Assembly (NCBI GenBank): GCA_036271735.1
Contig: DATAZZ010000028.1
Location: forward strand, 21,773 to 85,772
DNA from: Rhizomicrobium sp.
GTDB lineage: Bacteria > Pseudomonadota > Alphaproteobacteria > Micropepsales > Micropepsaceae
Reading direction: 5' to 3'
Length of the DNA: 64,000 nucleotides
The translations under genes were made by a program, and so were the position numbers. Below, one piece after another: positions 17,990 through 28,399 of the stretch. How positions within the stretch are numbered: the stretch's first letter is position 1; every line of letters starts with the position of its first letter. Under the pieces are notes generated by a model. That model saw nothing but the letters and a program-made list of their open reading frames with translations. It was not told where the DNA came from and did not search any database.

Positions 17990-19324
17990 GTGGAATTGGC
18001 GTTCAATCCGTTGGTGCCCGTGCGCCGGCCGGGGCTGGCGACGGCTTTGGCCGTGCTGGCGGCCGGCGTGGTGCTGGGCGCCGCGGCGAGGGCCGTGCCG
18101 CCGCCCGAAGCGTGGGGCGGGTTCGTCATTTTGAGCGTGCTGGCCGCCGCCGTGTTCGCGGTGAGCCGCCTGGCCGAGCGCTCCAAGGATCGGCTGATGG
18201 AAGGCGAGGCGAGCTACCGCGCCTTCTTCGAGCACGCCATCGAGGGGATTTTCCGCACCACGCCCGATGGGCGCTATGTCGATGCCAATCCGGCGCTGGC
18301 GCGCATCTATGGCTATGACAGCCCGGCGGCGCTGATGCATGGGCTGACCAATATCGCCGACCAGCTCTATCTCGATCCGGCGCGGCGGGCGCAGTTCCAG
18401 GCGCTGATGCAGGCCGACGACCAGGTGGCCGATTTCGAGTCCGAAATCCGCCGGCGCGACGGCAACGCGATCTGGATCTCGGAGAACGCGCGCGCGGTGC
18501 GCGACTGGACGGGGCGGATCGTCTGCTATGAGGGCACGGTCGAAGACGTGACGGCGCGCTATGCGGCGCAACGCGCGATGCGGCGGGCGCTCGTGCAGGC
18601 CGAGGAGGCGAGCCGCGCCAAGAGCGCGTTCCTCGCCGCGATGAGCCACGAACTGAAGACGCCGCTCAACGCGGTGCTGGGCTTTTCCGAGATCATCAAG
18701 GATGAGGTGCTGGGGTCGATCAGCCCGCCGCGCTATCGCGCCTATGCGGCCGACATCCATGCCAGCGGCACGCGGCTGCTCGCGATCGTCAGCGACATCC
18801 TCGACGTGGCGCGGCTGAACGGCGGGGCGATCACGCTCGAGGCGCGACCTTACCCGGCCCTGGTGCTGGCGGAGGAAGCGGTGACGCTGGCGCGCATCGC
18901 GACCAAGGATGTTCGCCGTGTGGAGCTCGACATCCCGGCCGGCCTGCCGCCGATCGAGATCGATCCGCAGCGCCTGCGCCAGTGTCTCGCCAACCTGCTC
19001 AGCAATGCGCTGAAATTCACACCCGAGGGCGGCGCGGTTTGCCTGCGGGCCTGGCTCGATGCGGGCGGAGGGCTATGTTTCGCGGTGGCGGACACCGGGA
19101 TCGGCATGGCGCGGGAGAAGATCGATGCGGCGCTGGAGCCGTTCCGCCAGCTCGACGGCTCGCTGGCGCGGCGGTTCGAGGGCGCCGGACTCGGGCTTTC
19201 CATTGCCAAATCCCTGGCGGAGTTGCACGGCGGCACGCTCACCATCGCCAGCTCGGTCGGGATGGGCACGACGGTGACCGTCGCGTTGCCGGCGGCGCGG
19301 ACAACGACGCGCCAGGCGGCGTAA
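17990..19324 (+). CDS. membrane PAS sensor histidine kinase (PleC/DivJ-like H-box), orphan
   Basis: Two TM segments, PAS/PAC (ANPALARIYGY, WISENAR), FLAAMSHELKTPLNAVLGFSE and N/G boxes. Start codon approximate. Confidence 0.88.
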   Translation: MELAFNPLVPVRRPGLATALAVLAAGVVLGAAARAVPPPEAWGGFVILSVLAAAVFAVSRLAERSKDRLMEGEASYRAFFEHAIEGIFRTTPDGRYVDANPALARIYGYDSPAALMHGLTNIADQLYLDPARRAQFQALMQADDQVADFESEIRRRDGNAIWISENARAVRDWTGRIVCYEGTVEDVTARYAAQRAMRRALVQAEEASRAKSAFLAAMSHELKTPLNAVLGFSEIIKDEVLGSISPPRYRAYAADIHASGTRLLAIVSDILDVARLNGGAITLEARPYPALVLAEEAVTLARIATKDVRRVELDIPAGLPPIEIDPQRLRQCLANLLSNALKFTPEGGAVCLRAWLDAGGGLCFAVADTGIGMAREKIDAALEPFRQLDGSLARRFEGAGLGLSIAKSLAELHGGTLTIASSVGMGTTVTVALPAARTTTRQAA

Positions 19325-19363
19325 GGCTCGCATTGGCGGCTAAGGGGCGCTAAAAGCCGCCGC

Positions 19364-20050
19364 ATGAACGGAAAGACGGCATTGGTGCTTTTCTCCGGCG
19401 GGCAGGATTCGACGACCTGTCTGGCGTGGGCTTTGGCGCGGTTCGACCGCGTCGAGACGGTGGGATTCGATTACGGCCAACGGCATATCGTCGAGTTGGC
19501 GGCGCGGCCGCGCGTGCTGGAGGCGATGCGCGGGTTCTGGGCGGAACAGCTGGGCGACGATTTCGTGCTGCCGATCGATACGCTCAAAGCCATCGGCGGA
19601 ACGGCGCTGACCGACGATGTCGCCATCGAAATGGGCAAGGACGGATTGCCGACGACCTTCGTGCCGGCGCGCAATCTGATGTTCCTCAACGCGGCAGCGG
19701 CGCTGGGCTATCGGCGCGGGATATCCGATTTGGTGGGCGGGATGTGCGAGACGGATTTCTCCGGCTATCCCGATTGCCGCGACGAGACCATGCAGGCGAC
19801 GGCGAAATCGCTGTCGCTCGGCCTGGCGCGCGAGACGCGCATCCATACGCCGCTGATGTGGATCGACAAGGCGGCGACCTGGAAGCTGGCCGAGGATCTG
19901 GGGGGCGCGGCCCTGGTCGAGCTGATCATTCGCGAGACGGTGACCTGTTATCACGGCGATCCGACACCGCATGATTGGGGCAAGGGCTGCGGCACGTGCC
20001 CCGCATGCGATCTGCGCGCCAGGGGTTATGCGAAGTACCGCGGCGCATGA
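19364..20050 (+). CDS. queC: 7-cyano-7-deazaguanine synthase
   Basis: [21 protein letters not shown] and CGTCPAC. Confidence 0.96.
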   Translation: MNGKTALVLFSGGQDSTTCLAWALARFDRVETVGFDYGQRHIVELAARPRVLEAMRGFWAEQLGDDFVLPIDTLKAIGGTALTDDVAIEMGKDGLPTTFVPARNLMFLNAAAALGYRRGISDLVGGMCETDFSGYPDCRDETMQATAKSLSLGLARETRIHTPLMWIDKAATWKLAEDLGGAALVELIIRETVTCYHGDPTPHDWGKGCGTCPACDLRARGYAKYRGA

Positions 20051-20712
20051 CCTATTCGGTCAAGGAAATCTATTACACGCTGCAGGGCGAGGGGGCGCAG
20101 GCGGGGCGCGCGGCGGTGTTCCTGCGCTTTGCCGGCTGCAATCTGTGGAGTGGGCTGGAGCGCGATCGGGCAACGGCGGTCTGCCAGTATTGCGATACCG
20201 ATTTCATCGGCACCGACGGGCCGGGCGGGGGCAAGTTCGCGACGGCGGAGGCGCTGGCGCACGCGGTGGCGGAGAAATGGCCCGGTGCCCTTCGAGGCGC
20301 CGCAAGTGGCGCGTCTCAGGGTGAGGGCTTGCCCTATGTCGTGTGCACCGGCGGCGAGCCGCTGTTGCAGCTCGACGCGGCCGCGATCGCAGCCTTGCAC
20401 GCGCGCAGCTTCGAGATCGGGATCGAGACCAACGGCACACAGATTCCGCCGCCGGGCATCGACTGGATCTGCGTCAGCCCCAAGGCGAATGCGGATCTCG
20501 TGCTGACGCGCGGCAACGAGCTTAAGCTTGTTTACCCGCAGGACGGCGCGGCGCCGGAGCGTTACGCGGGGCTGGCGTTCGGCCAGTTCTTCCTCCAGCC
20601 GATGGACAATGCCCGGCGCGATGCGAACACGGCGGCGGCGACACAATACTGTCTCGATCACCCCCAATGGCGGCTCAGCCTGCAGACCCACAAGTTGATC
20701 GGCATCCGTTGA
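20047..20712 (+). CDS. queE: 7-carboxy-7-deazaguanine synthase (radical SAM)
   Basis: YTLQGEG, CX14CXXC (GCNLW...CQYCDTDF), TGGEP and WRLSLQTHK; ATGA overlap with queC. Confidence 0.95.
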   Translation: MTYSVKEIYYTLQGEGAQAGRAAVFLRFAGCNLWSGLERDRATAVCQYCDTDFIGTDGPGGGKFATAEALAHAVAEKWPGALRGAASGASQGEGLPYVVCTGGEPLLQLDAAAIAALHARSFEIGIETNGTQIPPPGIDWICVSPKANADLVLTRGNELKLVYPQDGAAPERYAGLAFGQFFLQPMDNARRDANTAAATQYCLDHPQWRLSLQTHKLIGIR

Positions 20713-20776
20713 CGCCGGTTCCGTGTTGAAGGCAAGCCCGCTCACGCGCTAGAGTTGGGCCAAGGCGTGGGGCGTC

Positions 20777-21901
20777 ATGAAAACCATTTTATCGGCTGTG
20801 GGGCTGCTGTTGCTTGCCACGGTGCAAGCGCTTGCCAGCGCCTATTCGGATTTCAATGCCGGGCTTTCGGCGCGGCTGCATCATCCCGATCTGGCGATCG
20901 GGTATTTCACATCGGCACTGGCCGATCCGGCGCTGCTGCCGAGCCTGCGGCCGGTCGCGTTGTTCGACCGCGGCGGCTGCTACTTCCAGAGCAAGCAATA
21001 CGATCTGGCCCTGATCGACTTGTCCGCCAGCCTGGCGCTCAAGCCCGATTTCGACGCCTATATGTATCGCGGCCTCGTCTATTACCGCCAGCACAAGCCG
21101 GACGCGGCGTTGGCGGATTTCTCGGCCGCGGTCGCGCTGCGGCCCGACGTGCCCAAGGGCCTGTACATCCGGATGAATTTCGAGATGGAGACCAGGCGCT
21201 ACCGCGAGGCGCTGGCGGATGGCGGGGCACTCATCGCGATCGAGCCGGAATCGGCGAATTATTCGCTGCTCGCCACCGCCAACCGGTTGAGCGGCGATTA
21301 CGCGGCGGCGTTGAGTGCGGCGGACACGGCGATCTCGCTCGATGCCAATTCCTCGGTGCCGCGCTTCAACAAGGTCACGGTGCTGGAGACCGCCGGACGG
21401 CTCGAGGAAGCGCTGGACGCGGTGACTGACGCGCTGAAATACCGGCCGCAATCGGTCCTCGGCCCGATGAAGAAGGGCGTCGTGCAATGGGAGTTGCAGC
21501 GCTATGACGCCGCGGCCGAAACGTTCGCCGACGCGCTCAAGACGCAGCGCGGCAACGCCTATGCCCATCTGTGGCTGACCATCTCGCGCAACGCGGCGCA
21601 TGTCGACGACAGCGACGCCACGGAGCGCGCGACGCATATCGACCGGAACGCCTGGCCGGCGCCGCTGGTCCAGCTTTACCAGGGGACGAGCACGCCGGCA
21701 CAGGTGATGGCGGCGGCGCATCTGGATCCCAACGCCGAGAGCGGGCAGGTCTGCGAAGCGGAATTCTATACCGCGCAGTGGCAGATGATGCGGGGCAGGA
21801 CCGGCACCGCCAAGGCGCTGCTCGCCAGCGCGGTGCGCGATTGCCCGTTCGGCTTCGTGGAAGCCCCCGCGGCGGCCAACCAGCTCAAGGCTCTGCCATG
21901 A
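20777..21901 (+). CDS. exported TPR protein (NlpI-like C-terminus)
   Basis: Signal peptide, TPR repeats and WPAPLVQLYQG...CEAEFY. Confidence 0.8.
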   Translation: MKTILSAVGLLLLATVQALASAYSDFNAGLSARLHHPDLAIGYFTSALADPALLPSLRPVALFDRGGCYFQSKQYDLALIDLSASLALKPDFDAYMYRGLVYYRQHKPDAALADFSAAVALRPDVPKGLYIRMNFEMETRRYREALADGGALIAIEPESANYSLLATANRLSGDYAAALSAADTAISLDANSSVPRFNKVTVLETAGRLEEALDAVTDALKYRPQSVLGPMKKGVVQWELQRYDAAAETFADALKTQRGNAYAHLWLTISRNAAHVDDSDATERATHIDRNAWPAPLVQLYQGTSTPAQVMAAAHLDPNAESGQVCEAEFYTAQWQMMRGRTGTAKALLASAVRDCPFGFVEAPAAANQLKALP

Positions 21902-22821
21902 CGATACGTTCGATGCTTGTGCTTGCTGCGGCGTTTGGGTGGCTCGCCGCCGGCGCGCCGGCCTCCGCCAGGGATTGCCGGCTGCAGCAATTCGCCTCGC
22001 TCGACATGACGACGGAAGCCGATGGCGCGGTCTCGGTTCCGATGACGATCAACGGCCATACCGGGCTGGTGCTGATCGATACCGGCAGCGTGCAAAGCTC
22101 GATCGCCGGATCGCTGGCGCGCCAGCTGGGCATGCCGATCACGGATTCCGAGTCGACCTACAGTTTCGTGGGCGGTGTGCGCATCGACAAGACGACGACG
22201 GTCGATACGCTGGAGCTCGGCACGCTGACGACGAAGAAATTCCCGATGCTCGTCCTTCCGTCCAAGGTTCTGCACGACGATACGATCGGCATGCTGGGGC
22301 CCGACATCCTGCAGAACTACGATGTCGAGTTCGATTTCGCGGCCGGCAAGTTCAACCTGTTCTCGCCCGAGCACTGTGCCAACCAGGTGGTGTACTGGAC
22401 CCAGGCCGCCTATGCCGAGGTGCCGCTGCATCTCGACCATGGCGGGCATCTGCTGATCGACGTGGTGCTGAACGGCAAGTCGATCCAGGCCGGTGTCGAC
22501 ACCGGTGCGTTCCGCTCGGCGATGACCATGTCGGTGGCGCAGTCGGTGTTCGGGATCGCGCCCGGCGATCCGGGGCTCACGCAACTCGGGACCGAGGCGA
22601 TCAACGGCACCAGGCCGGTGCCGGTGTATCACTATCCGTTCTCGGCGGTGCAGTTCGCGGGCGTCTCGGTGCTCAATCCGGACATCGAATTGCTCGGCGC
22701 GGACCGTTTCGACACCGGCGGGCCGCAGCTGATCCTGGGCGTGTCGACGCTGCGCCAGCTGCACGTCTACGTCGCCTATGACGAACGCAAGCTCTATCTG
22801 ACGCCCGCCGAGCAGCGCTAG
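21898..22821 (+). CDS. exported two-domain retropepsin-like aspartyl protease
   Basis: Signal peptide; LIDTGS and GVDTGA catalytic motifs, GMLGPDIL and LILG. Confidence 0.85.
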   Translation: MTIRSMLVLAAAFGWLAAGAPASARDCRLQQFASLDMTTEADGAVSVPMTINGHTGLVLIDTGSVQSSIAGSLARQLGMPITDSESTYSFVGGVRIDKTTTVDTLELGTLTTKKFPMLVLPSKVLHDDTIGMLGPDILQNYDVEFDFAAGKFNLFSPEHCANQVVYWTQAAYAEVPLHLDHGGHLLIDVVLNGKSIQAGVDTGAFRSAMTMSVAQSVFGIAPGDPGLTQLGTEAINGTRPVPVYHYPFSAVQFAGVSVLNPDIELLGADRFDTGGPQLILGVSTLRQLHVYVAYDERKLYLTPAEQR

Positions 22822-24350
22822 ACGAACGTCACGACCTCGCGGCGCCGCGTGTCGCCCTTCGGCGTGCGGGCGCGCAGATCGGCCAGCAAATCGCGCTTCA
22901 TCGCGGCGGCGGACGGCTCGTTCCACAGATTGCGCCATTGCTTCGGATCGTTGGCGAGGTCGTAGAGCTCGCCTTCGCTGCCGTCATAGATCGAGGTTTT
23001 GTTGTAGGCGGTGATCGTCCAGCCGTCGCGGTAGAGGGTGCGCAGCGAGACCGAGACGCCGTCATATTCGGAATCCCATTCGGTGAAGACGGCTTCGCGT
23101 TTGCCGGCCGCCGCCGCGTCGCGGGGCAGGGGAGCGCCTTCCATCCACTCGGCGCGGTCGATGCCGGCGATCTCGCAGAAGGTCGGCGCGAAATCGACCT
23201 GGCCGACAGGCGCGGCCAGCGTCGCCGGCGCGATCTTCGCGTTCGGCGCGGGGCGCCAGATCAGCGGCAGGCGCATCAGGCTATCGACGTGATGCGGGCC
23301 TTTGAACAGCAGGCCGAAGTCGCCCTGGAATTCGCCGTGGTCGGTCGAGAAGATCACGTCGGTGTCGCCGTCCCAGCCGCGCGCGCCGATCCTGGCCATG
23401 ACACGCGCCACGGCCTCGTCGATCAACTCGTTCTTGATGTGGGTCATCGCGTCGATCTCGCGCAGCTGATCGGTGGTCAGCGAGGCGGGGATCCAGTCGG
23501 GCGGTGCTTCGTAGCAGGTCATCCGCTTGCCGCTCCACCAGTCGTGCCAATGATGCGGCTTGTCCGAGAGGATCGCGTCGATCTTTTCGGCGCTGCCCGG
23601 ATAGCCGGCGGGCACGGGCAGATCGCGCCAATCGTGGCGGTGCAATTCGCTTTGCGGCGGGTCCCAGGGATGGTGCGGATCGGGGAAGCTCATCCACACG
23701 AACCAGTCTTCGTTCGCATCCAGCGAATCCAGATAGGCGATAGTGCGGTCGGCGACCCAATCGGTGTGGTAGAGGCCGCGCGGCGTCGCGTTGTGCTTGG
23801 TCTGCACCGCGCCGGTGTCGCCGGCACCGAAGGAATTCTGTTTGAGATTGGGGCCGAGCACCGGATAGAAATTGTCCACCACCTCGGGATGCGTCTTCAT
23901 CAGCCATTGCGGATAGTGCAGCGGACCGCGTGCGCCGTGCGCCGCGAGCTCCATATGGTCGAAGCCGCGATGCGGGCCGAAGGTGCCCTCGCGGCCCATG
24001 CGGTTCTCGGCGAAGCGCAGCTGCAGATCGAGGAAGGGCTCGAAATGCGCCTTGCCGATCAGCGCGGTGCGGTAGTTCTTCTTCTCCTTGAGGAGCCGCG
24101 CCACTGAGGGGGCGTCCTCGGGCAGCGGCACGCCGTTCATCCACACGCCATGCGTCGTGACGTATTGGCCGGTGATCATGGTCGCGCGCGCCGGCATGCA
24201 GACGACGTTCTGGGCGTGGCAGCGGGTGTAGTTGATGCCGGCCTTGGCGAGCGCGTCGATTGCCGGCGTGCGCGCAATGGCCTGGCCGTTCACACCGAGC
24301 GCGTCGAAGCGCATCTGGTCGGTGGTGATGAAGAGTATCTTGCGGCCCAT
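22818..24350 (-). CDS. sulfatase (Cys-type, cytoplasmic)
   Basis: ILFITTDQMR, CMPARATMITG (CxPxR), IGKAH, PHHP and STDHG. Confidence 0.92.
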   Translation of the reverse strand: MGRKILFITTDQMRFDALGVNGQAIARTPAIDALAKAGINYTRCHAQNVVCMPARATMITGQYVTTHGVWMNGVPLPEDAPSVARLLKEKKNYRTALIGKAHFEPFLDLQLRFAENRMGREGTFGPHRGFDHMELAAHGARGPLHYPQWLMKTHPEVVDNFYPVLGPNLKQNSFGAGDTGAVQTKHNATPRGLYHTDWVADRTIAYLDSLDANEDWFVWMSFPDPHHPWDPPQSELHRHDWRDLPVPAGYPGSAEKIDAILSDKPHHWHDWWSGKRMTCYEAPPDWIPASLTTDQLREIDAMTHIKNELIDEAVARVMARIGARGWDGDTDVIFSTDHGEFQGDFGLLFKGPHHVDSLMRLPLIWRPAPNAKIAPATLAAPVGQVDFAPTFCEIAGIDRAEWMEGAPLPRDAAAAGKREAVFTEWDSEYDGVSVSLRTLYRDGWTITAYNKTSIYDGSEGELYDLANDPKQWRNLWNEPSAAAMKRDLLADLRARTPKGDTRRREVVTFV

Positions 24351-24353
24351 GTT

Positions 24354-24866
24354 TCAGCCCAGATCGCGTGACGTAAGGACCGGTAGCACCGGAACGGCGA
24401 GACCTGCGATGGCGGGCGGCGCGGCGGGGCGCCAGATGGCGCAGATCACGGCGGTGAGCGTCGCGCCGGCGTCTTGCAGCATTTGCGCCGCCTGGACGAC
24501 GGCGCCGCCGGTGGAGATCACGTCTTCGACGATGGCGACGTTGAGGCCGGCGACGTCGCGGCCTTCGACGGCTTTGCAGGTGCCGTATTCCTTCGCGATC
24601 TTGCGGACAAAGACGGCGGGCAGACCGCAGTGCAGCGACATCGCGGTCGCTAGCGGCACGCCGCCGAGCTCGAGGCCGGCGAGGGTCTGGGTGCCGGCGG
24701 GAATCCTGTCGACCATCGCTTGCGCGATGCGGCGCAGAAGAGCGGGTTCGGATTCGAAACGGTATTTGTCGAAATAGGTGTCGGCCATGGTGCCTGAGCG
24801 CAGTCGGAAGCTGCCCTTGAGGCGCGCGATGGCGTTGATGTCAGCGGCGAGTGCTGTGTCCTGCAA
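24354..24866 (-). CDS. pyrE: orotate phosphoribosyltransferase (short type)
   Basis: FRLRSG..YFDKY, GLELGGVPLA, FVRK..KEYGT and VEDVISTGG; TTG start. Confidence 0.85.
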   Translation of the reverse strand: MQDTALAADINAIARLKGSFRLRSGTMADTYFDKYRFESEPALLRRIAQAMVDRIPAGTQTLAGLELGGVPLATAMSLHCGLPAVFVRKIAKEYGTCKAVEGRDVAGLNVAIVEDVISTGGAVVQAAQMLQDAGATLTAVICAIWRPAAPPAIAGLAVPVLPVLTSRDLG

Positions 24867-24944
24867 ATGCTGCCCTTTCGAATATCCGCGATAGTGAGCG
24901 TAACAAAAGATTTTTGAATAGCGAATGAGCGATGCTCAAAACAC

Positions 24945-25068
24945 ACCTGTCATCCCCGGCCGAGCGCAGCGAAGGGAAGGGGACCCAGGTGGATAGACCA
25001 AACCCAGTCTAACCACCTGGATCCCCTTCCCTCGAGCCGCTTCGCTGCTCTCGCCGGGGATGACAGGT
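24945..25068. repeat. REP/MITE-like long inverted repeat
   Basis: ACCTGTCATCCCCGGC...GCCGGGGATGACAGGT ends; inner gggaagggga.ccaggtgg / ccacctggatccccttccc arms. Confidence 0.8.
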
Positions 25069-25097
25069 ATGGTTGATTTCAAAAGATCGCAACCACT

Positions 25098-25439
25098 CTA
25101 AGAACACTTGTTCATCGGTTGCTTATGCCAGACGGCTTCCATGCCGCCATAGCTGCCTTTGTCGAGGCGCAGCGTGTTGTTCTCGAAGACGTAGGTCTCG
25201 GTCACCGGGCCGGATTTGCTGTCGTAGCTGACGGTGAAATTGGCGCCGTCCTGCTTGGCGGTCTTGATCTTGTAGTCGGAATCGTCGGGGTAGACGTGGA
25301 TCGTGTCGCCGCTGAAGCTGACGAAGGGGGCGGTGCAGTCGCTGCCCCATTTGCCTTCGATGGCGCTGGTTGCCGAATTGTTGCCGCAAGCGGCCAGCAG
25401 CGCGGCTGCCAGAATTGGAATGAGAAAGCGCGCGTTCAT
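25098..25439 (-). CDS. hypothetical lipoprotein
   Basis: MNARFLIPILAAALLAAC lipobox. Confidence 0.8.
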   Translation of the reverse strand: MNARFLIPILAAALLAACGNNSATSAIEGKWGSDCTAPFVSFSGDTIHVYPDDSDYKIKTAKQDGANFTVSYDSKSGPVTETYVFENNTLRLDKGSYGGMEAVWHKQPMNKCS

Positions 25440-25465
25440 ATGTTCCCCCGATGCGATGCCGGAGC

Positions 25466-26065
25466 TTAGAAGCGCGAGACGATTTTCGCCATATCGGGCC
25501 GCACGCGCTCTTCCAGCACGACGGCCGAGGTGCCGATATAGATGAACCCGGCGACGCGCTCGCCGGGCTTGAGGCCGAGCCGTTCCTTGACGCCGGGATG
25601 GAAGGCGCACCATTCGGTCAGCCAGTTGGCGACGAAGCCGAGCGCGTGCGCGGCGAGCAGCATGTTTTGGCACACGGCACCGGCGGAGAGTTCCTGCTCC
25701 CATTGCGGGATCGGGATCGCCTCGCGGGTGCGGCTGATCACGGCGACCACCACGGGCGCGCGAAGGAAGCGGTGGCGCTCCTGGTCGAGCCGTTCGGGGC
25801 CGGATTGCGGCTCGGTCTCGAGGAGGCTGGTGGCGAGGAGATCGCCCATGCGGCGGCGGGCGTCGCCTTCGAAGACGATGAAGCGCCAGGGGAACAGCTT
25901 GCCGTGGTCTGGAGCCCGGGCGGCTGCGGTCAGGATGGTGTCAAGCTGCGCCGGCGAAGGCCCTGGGCCGGTCATCGCCTTGGCCGAGCCGGAGCGGCGC
26001 GACAGCAGCAAATCGATGGCGTCGGGGGCAGGGCGGTTCAAGGTCGGCGTTGCAGAATCCATCAC
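25466..26065 (-). CDS. nitroreductase (YdjA-like)
   Basis: SRRS, RAPDHGKLFPWRF and GFVANWLT. Confidence 0.92.
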   Translation of the reverse strand: MMDSATPTLNRPAPDAIDLLLSRRSGSAKAMTGPGPSPAQLDTILTAAARAPDHGKLFPWRFIVFEGDARRRMGDLLATSLLETEPQSGPERLDQERHRFLRAPVVVAVISRTREAIPIPQWEQELSAGAVCQNMLLAAHALGFVANWLTEWCAFHPGVKERLGLKPGERVAGFIYIGTSAVVLEERVRPDMAKIVSRF

Positions 26066-26216
26066 GGGCCTATGCGGGAATGAGGGGGTTGTTCGGGCGG
26101 TTCGGCGCCTTATCTAAGCAATAGAGGGGGGCGGCGCGACCCTTTTTACGCTTACCGCGCGTTCTTTTGTCAGAACAGGCCGGCGGCTGTATAACGCGGG
26201 TAATCGGGAGCGAAAC

Positions 26217-27029
26217 ATGGCCGTCACACGCGAAAAAGTCGCCACTTGCGACCCCATCTGGTCGGCGCTGCGCGAGCAGGCCGAGACGCTGGCGGAGCGC
26301 GAGCCGGCGCTGGCGAGCTTTGTCCATGCCACGGTGCTCAAGCATGAGCGGCTGGAGAACGCGCTGTCCTATCACCTGGCCAAGAAGGTGGGTGGCGAGG
26401 ATCTGTCACCGATGATGACGCGCGAGATTTTCCAGGAAGCGATGGAGGCCGATCCCGGCATCGGCGACGCGGTGCGCGCCGATTTGTCGGCGGTGTTCGA
26501 CCGCGATCCGGCATGCAAGGCGCATGTCGATGCGTTCCTATTCTACAAAGGCTTCCATGCCTTGCAGTGCTATCGCATCGGCCATTGGCTGTGGACGCAT
26601 GACCGCCAGTCGATGGCGCTGTTCTTCCAGAACCGGATTTCGGAGCTGTTCGGTGTCGATATCCATCCCGCCGCAAGGCTCGGCAAGGGCATCATGATCG
26701 ATCACGCGACCGGCGTGGTGATCGGCGAGACCGCGGTGGTCGAGGACGACGTCTCGATGCTGCACGGTGTGACGCTAGGCGGCACGGGAAAGGAAACCGG
26801 CGACCGGCATCCGAAGGTGCGGCGTGGCGTGTTGCTGTCGATGGGCGCCAAGGTGCTCGGCAATATCGAGATCGGCGAGTACAGCCGCGTCGGCGCGGGC
26901 TCGGTGGTGCTGAAATCGGTGCCGGCGGGCTGCACCGCGGTCGGCGTGCCGGCGCATCTCACCAATTGCGCGGGCGCGGACCGCCCGTCGCAGGAGATGA
27001 ACCAGTTCATCGACGATCCGAGCGGCTGA
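26217..27029 (+). CDS. cysE: serine O-acetyltransferase
   Basis: DRDPAC, YKGFHAL, DIHPAA..GIMIDHATG and GDRHPK. Confidence 0.96.
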   Translation: MAVTREKVATCDPIWSALREQAETLAEREPALASFVHATVLKHERLENALSYHLAKKVGGEDLSPMMTREIFQEAMEADPGIGDAVRADLSAVFDRDPACKAHVDAFLFYKGFHALQCYRIGHWLWTHDRQSMALFFQNRISELFGVDIHPAARLGKGIMIDHATGVVIGETAVVEDDVSMLHGVTLGGTGKETGDRHPKVRRGVLLSMGAKVLGNIEIGEYSRVGAGSVVLKSVPAGCTAVGVPAHLTNCAGADRPSQEMNQFIDDPSG

Positions 27030-27033
27030 GCGC

Positions 27034-28299
27034 TCAGAGAAGGTCGCGCAGCTTCAGGCCGATCAGCGCCGCTGTTACCATCGGCTTGCGCAGCAACGCG
27101 CCACCAGGGAATTTGCGCGGCGGGACTCGCGCCAGGATGTCGAAGCGCTCGGTATTGCCGAGCGCCGCTTCCGCGAGTGACTTGCCGCCAATCATCGTCA
27201 GCGCAACGCCATGGCCCGAGTAGCCGTGGCCGAACAACGTCCGCCCGCCGAGGCAGCCGAAATGCGGCATGCGGGTGCGGGTGATGCCGACGGTGCCGCG
27301 CCAGGCATAGTCGATGGGCGTGGCGGCGAGCTGTGGGAAGACTTTGAGCATGCGCGGGCGGACCAGCGCGGCGATATCGGCGGGTGGGTTCCAATAGCTT
27401 TCGCGGCCGGCGAACAGCAGGCGGCCATCGGCGCTCTTGCGGTAATAGTCGAGGACGTGACGCGTGTCGGCGACGGCGACATCGGATGGAAGGACGAACG
27501 CGTTCAGTGCTTCGCCGAGCGGCGCGGTCGCGAGGATGAAGCTCTCGACATGGGCGATGTAGGGTGCGAGCCGCGGTGCAAGCGCGCCGCTGAATGCGTC
27601 CGTGGCCAGCACGATGTGATCGGCGCGGATGGTGCCTTGGGCGCAGCGCACGGTCGCGGGTGCGCCGTCTTCGATCGTTATCGCGGGACTGTGTTCGAAG
27701 ATCGTCGCGCCGGCGGCGATAGATTTTTGTGCCAGGGCGCGAGCGAATTTAAGCGGGTGCAGATGGCCGCCGCCGCCGTCGAGACGCGCTCCGGGATAAA
27801 TTGGTGTGCCGAGCATCGCGGATGTTTTGGCATGATCCAGCATTCGCAATTCGCGATAGCCGTAATGCGTCGCGAGATGTTCTGCGTCGGCGGTGAGGCC
27901 GCGTGCGGTGCCGGCATTGTGCGCGGCGATGACGAGGCCACGCTTGAGATCGCAGCCTTCGGCGGCGAGATCGAAGACGAGGGCGCGGGCTTCCTTGGCC
28001 AGGCGCCACAGATCGCGGGCATGGGTTTCGCCGAGCCAGGCTTCGAGCTCGGCTTGTTCCTTGCGGTGACCGGGATGGATCTGGCCGCCATTGCGGCCCG
28101 AGGCGGCGAAACCGATCGTCTGCGCTTCGACCAGCACGACCTTGGCGCCGGCCCGCGCGGCGTGCAGCGCCGCCGACAGGCCTGTGAAACCGCCGCCGAT
28201 GACGCAGATATCTGCACGCAACTCGCTGTTCAACGCGGGCAGAGGCGTGGTGTCCGCGGCGCTTGCCGCGTAGTAGCCCTGAGGCGCGTTATGGGTCAT
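27034..28299 (-). CDS. FAD-dependent oxidoreductase (PuuB/DadA family)
   Basis: VIGGGFTGLSAA, ASGRNGG, LHPLK and GYSGHGV. Confidence 0.9.
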   Translation of the reverse strand: MTHNAPQGYYAASAADTTPLPALNSELRADICVIGGGFTGLSAALHAARAGAKVVLVEAQTIGFAASGRNGGQIHPGHRKEQAELEAWLGETHARDLWRLAKEARALVFDLAAEGCDLKRGLVIAAHNAGTARGLTADAEHLATHYGYRELRMLDHAKTSAMLGTPIYPGARLDGGGGHLHPLKFARALAQKSIAAGATIFEHSPAITIEDGAPATVRCAQGTIRADHIVLATDAFSGALAPRLAPYIAHVESFILATAPLGEALNAFVLPSDVAVADTRHVLDYYRKSADGRLLFAGRESYWNPPADIAALVRPRMLKVFPQLAATPIDYAWRGTVGITRTRMPHFGCLGGRTLFGHGYSGHGVALTMIGGKSLAEAALGNTERFDILARVPPRKFPGGALLRKPMVTAALIGLKLRDLL

Positions 28300-28399
28300 G
28301 CGTGTGCTTGCGCGAAACGGCGCGGCGCGGTCAAGTGCAGGTCTTGACCGGCCTCCTGCCCCGTGCGACTTGAGCCCATCACCTATCGGAGATTTGCCG

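Noticed and set aside
19325-19363. preQ1 riboswitch before queC
   Set aside because: The intergenic region is only 39 bp and lacks a recognisable preQ1 consensus.
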